From: Cyanophora paradoxa CCMP329
Lineage: Eukaryota > Plantae > Glaucophyta
Length of the DNA stretch: 64,000 nucleotides
NCBI GenBank assembly: GCA_004431415.1
Contig: QPMI01000441.1
Coordinates: forward strand, 35,957-99,956
Direction: 5' to 3'
Part shown: one piece after another, positions 61,808 through 64,000 of the stretch
Layout: every line of letters begins with the position of its first letter
Position numbering within the stretch: the stretch's first letter is position 1
Program-made: the position numbers and the translations under genes
Notes under the pieces: generated by a model
What the model saw: the letters and a program-made list of their open reading frames with translations, nothing else
Told to the model about the DNA's origin: nothing
Database searches by the model: none

Positions 61808-64000
61808 AGTAGTCGGGCAGAAAATGGAATGAATCTCCTAATTCGGTTATCTACTTGAAGTTCGTTAGGAACAGAGGTGCCAAGGCCTGACGGCGAAAGA
61901 GCCGCGTCCGCAGTTGGTTCGCACCCGCGATTGCAATTGCTTGGGATCCTCGCCCGCGGCCGGATCCGGATCCATAGCAGCCGCGCGCGCCAACCGGGCT
62001 GCCGTGCCGCAACAAGTTCAGATTCTGTAGCTTGTCGTACTCGAAATGGAACGCGCCGTCAAAGTTCCAACCGGCGCGACCGTGCACGTTGAGAAGCGAG
62101 TTCAAAGCCACCCGAAGATGAACTGCGCCAGAAGACAAAGCGTTTCATGCTCAGGTTATCCGAAAACATCACGCATAGGCGGAATACTCCGGGATCCGCA
62201 CCAATCAAGAAGATTAGCTATTCGATTGACCACACTGATTGAACAAGTAGATGTAAAGCCGCCCGAATGACACACTGAGCAAGTTGCGGCCCGGTTGCAA
62301 GTTGCGGCCGGTTGCCTTTTGGGGGTACCCGCACGCAGCCCGGGGCGACGGCCGGCGGCGTGCCGGTACGGTGCGGACTCTACGCTGTGCGGACTCTATA
62401 CTAGTTGGACCTTGCAGGCAACAGGAGAGCTAGTTGCAGTGCGGCAAACATGCATATGCAGGCCGCCTCCCAAGCTAGTTACATCGCAGCTATAGCTAGC
62501 AGAGAAGTTTTTCGGCTACCGTCCATGTGACTAAGCGGTACACGAGGAGCAGCATCCGGATTCCTCAGCCACCTTCAACGACCATTTGCAGTTCGCGGCG
62601 TAGAGCGGCCAGAAGCACCCGGGCGCTTCGAAGAAGGAAGAGGGCCGCTAGCTACCTTGCAGTGCTCCCCGCCGCGACGATGCTCTCGCCAGCCGTACGT
62701 CGGCGACAAAAACCAATATGCATGCAAAAACGAGGTGCGCTGAGAAACCTACACTAGCTGCGGCTCAGAACGAACTCAACGATCTCTTTAAATCACATGC
62801 GCTAACGTTGCGCTTGTCTGCGGCACCCCTCGAGCAGGTTTGGGTCACATCGCCAGAACCGTGCACTCGCAGCCACCGACAGCGATCTGCCTACGTATAC
62901 GTATACGTGCGCACCGATCAGCAAAGCCAGAAACAAGCGGTCGTCGAGCGCACCAGGATAACAAGGCGCCGACGTGCCATAGCGGTCATTCTGTCCATTC
63001 CGGCGACGCTGTTTAGTCAGCTTATGTCGACACTGAAGTGGTTTTATACCGTAAAAGCGCACCGAGACCTGCCGCGGGCGCCGTGGTGGTGAGCTGGCTG
63101 CAGGTCTTTCTCTTACCTGATCTGGTGGTGCAAAGTTAGGGGCGCGAAGCGCAGTGCCTGGGCCGGGAGGCAGCACGAATAGTTTATATCTAACATTGAG
63201 AAAGCGAAGTACGCACGTCTGGGCGGCGGGGCTCAGTTTCCCGGGCGGCGGTCCGGCCCGCTGCGCGGCGGCGAGGCCGGGCGCGCCACCCGCTGCGCGG
63301 CGGCGGGTCAGGTCTTGCACGGGATAGTGCACATGCATACCAAAGTGGTGGCGTACCGTTAGAGGCACCTGGCGTCCGAGAAGAGCGAGGTGCGACGGAA
63401 ACGCGATGGGGGAAAACTGATCTGGGAACGCGCGACCGCTTCCTGTGAGCGGAACAATCTATCATTCAACATTCATTCAGCTCGGACCCGCGGCCGGATC
63501 CCTCGAGGACTCAGTCAGGGCCAGCTCGTTGCAAGAGGCGAAAACGAGGACGAAACGCCAGAGGCAGCTTGCAAGTTGCAAGGCGGTCTTGCAAGGCGGT
63601 CTTGCGCATGCAAGGCGGTCTTGTAAGCCGGCCTAGCGCTTTGGCTATAGCTAGGTTTTGACCCCGCTTGCACTGTACCCCAGCTGTTTTTTGGGGGCCA
63701 AATGGCCGGGCCGCTTGTTGACCATGCCGGCGCCAGCGCTAGCTGTAGCGGGCCTGCGCCACGATCCGCATTGGCTGATGGCCGCGTGCGATCTTTATCA
63801 GACTTCCCTGAAGACCTCTTGATCAAGCTCACAACAGAAGTCGGCATCGTCGACGCCTTAGGAAATGGCTCGATGAAGCTAAGCCGGTTCATGAAGCAAA
63901 TCGTTGAAAAGCAAGCTTGGCCGGAGCTCCAGCTTACGTCGTGCTCTGCGTTCGGGCATGGACGATATGTGCAAGATGCCGTCTGGGCTCAAGTCTTGGA

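Larger units (their letters stand above)
32468..64000. mobile_element. Putative giant CACTA/EnSpm (CMC) DNA transposon with cargo genes; right end not seen in window
   Basis: Terminus CACTG at 32468 after tta, then a subterminal repeat array, a TnpA-like gene, a TnpD DDE transposase and tightly packed divergent/convergent genes up to the window end. The extent beyond the transposase is inferred. Confidence 0.7.

Noticed and set aside
61900-64000. Right TIR of the giant element, or annotatable genes
   Set aside because: No ctggctcccagtg or TTTACC array was seen. Only short ORF fragments and tiny tandem repeats (gcaaggcggtctt x3) are present, with no recognisable domain.

Overview
This is eukaryotic nuclear DNA dense in short spliceosomal introns (mostly GT-AG, some apparently GC-AG, about 35-120 nt). 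The style resembles a GC-rich alga or protist such as the glaucophyte Cyanophora, but that is inference only. The ORF track fragments the genes, so I reassembled them by manual splicing. Left half (1-30 kb, host genes): a secreted multi-CUB + Kelch protein (5' part only); a ~13 kb gene for a type II membrane receptor (TIR-TIR, helical linker, TM, coiled coil, beta-propeller, FN3, PA14-like) with a cyanobacterial TIR/WD40-type architecture; an ankyrin-repeat protein; a SETD3/LSMT-type lysine methyltransferase; and a class I SAM methyltransferase. 30-32.5 kb is a nest of MITEs. At 32468 a CACTG-terminated CACTA/EnSpm-type transposon appears to begin, with subterminal repeats, a TnpA-like gene and an intron-containing TnpD DDE transposase. 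No right end is seen, so it may exceed 31.5 kb. The tightly packed genes after the transposase encode a chromatin-modifying toolkit: a DOT1-like MTase-Ulp1 SUMO protease-AWS/SET/post-SET fusion, and a second protein with a PHD-like finger, a possible GNAT, an RNI-like region and a PR-Set7/SET8-like SET. A divergent class III PLP aminotransferase lies between them. The best novel-system candidates are this putative giant chromatin-writing transposon and the reverse-topology TIR receptor. Gene boundaries are manual estimates without transcript data.
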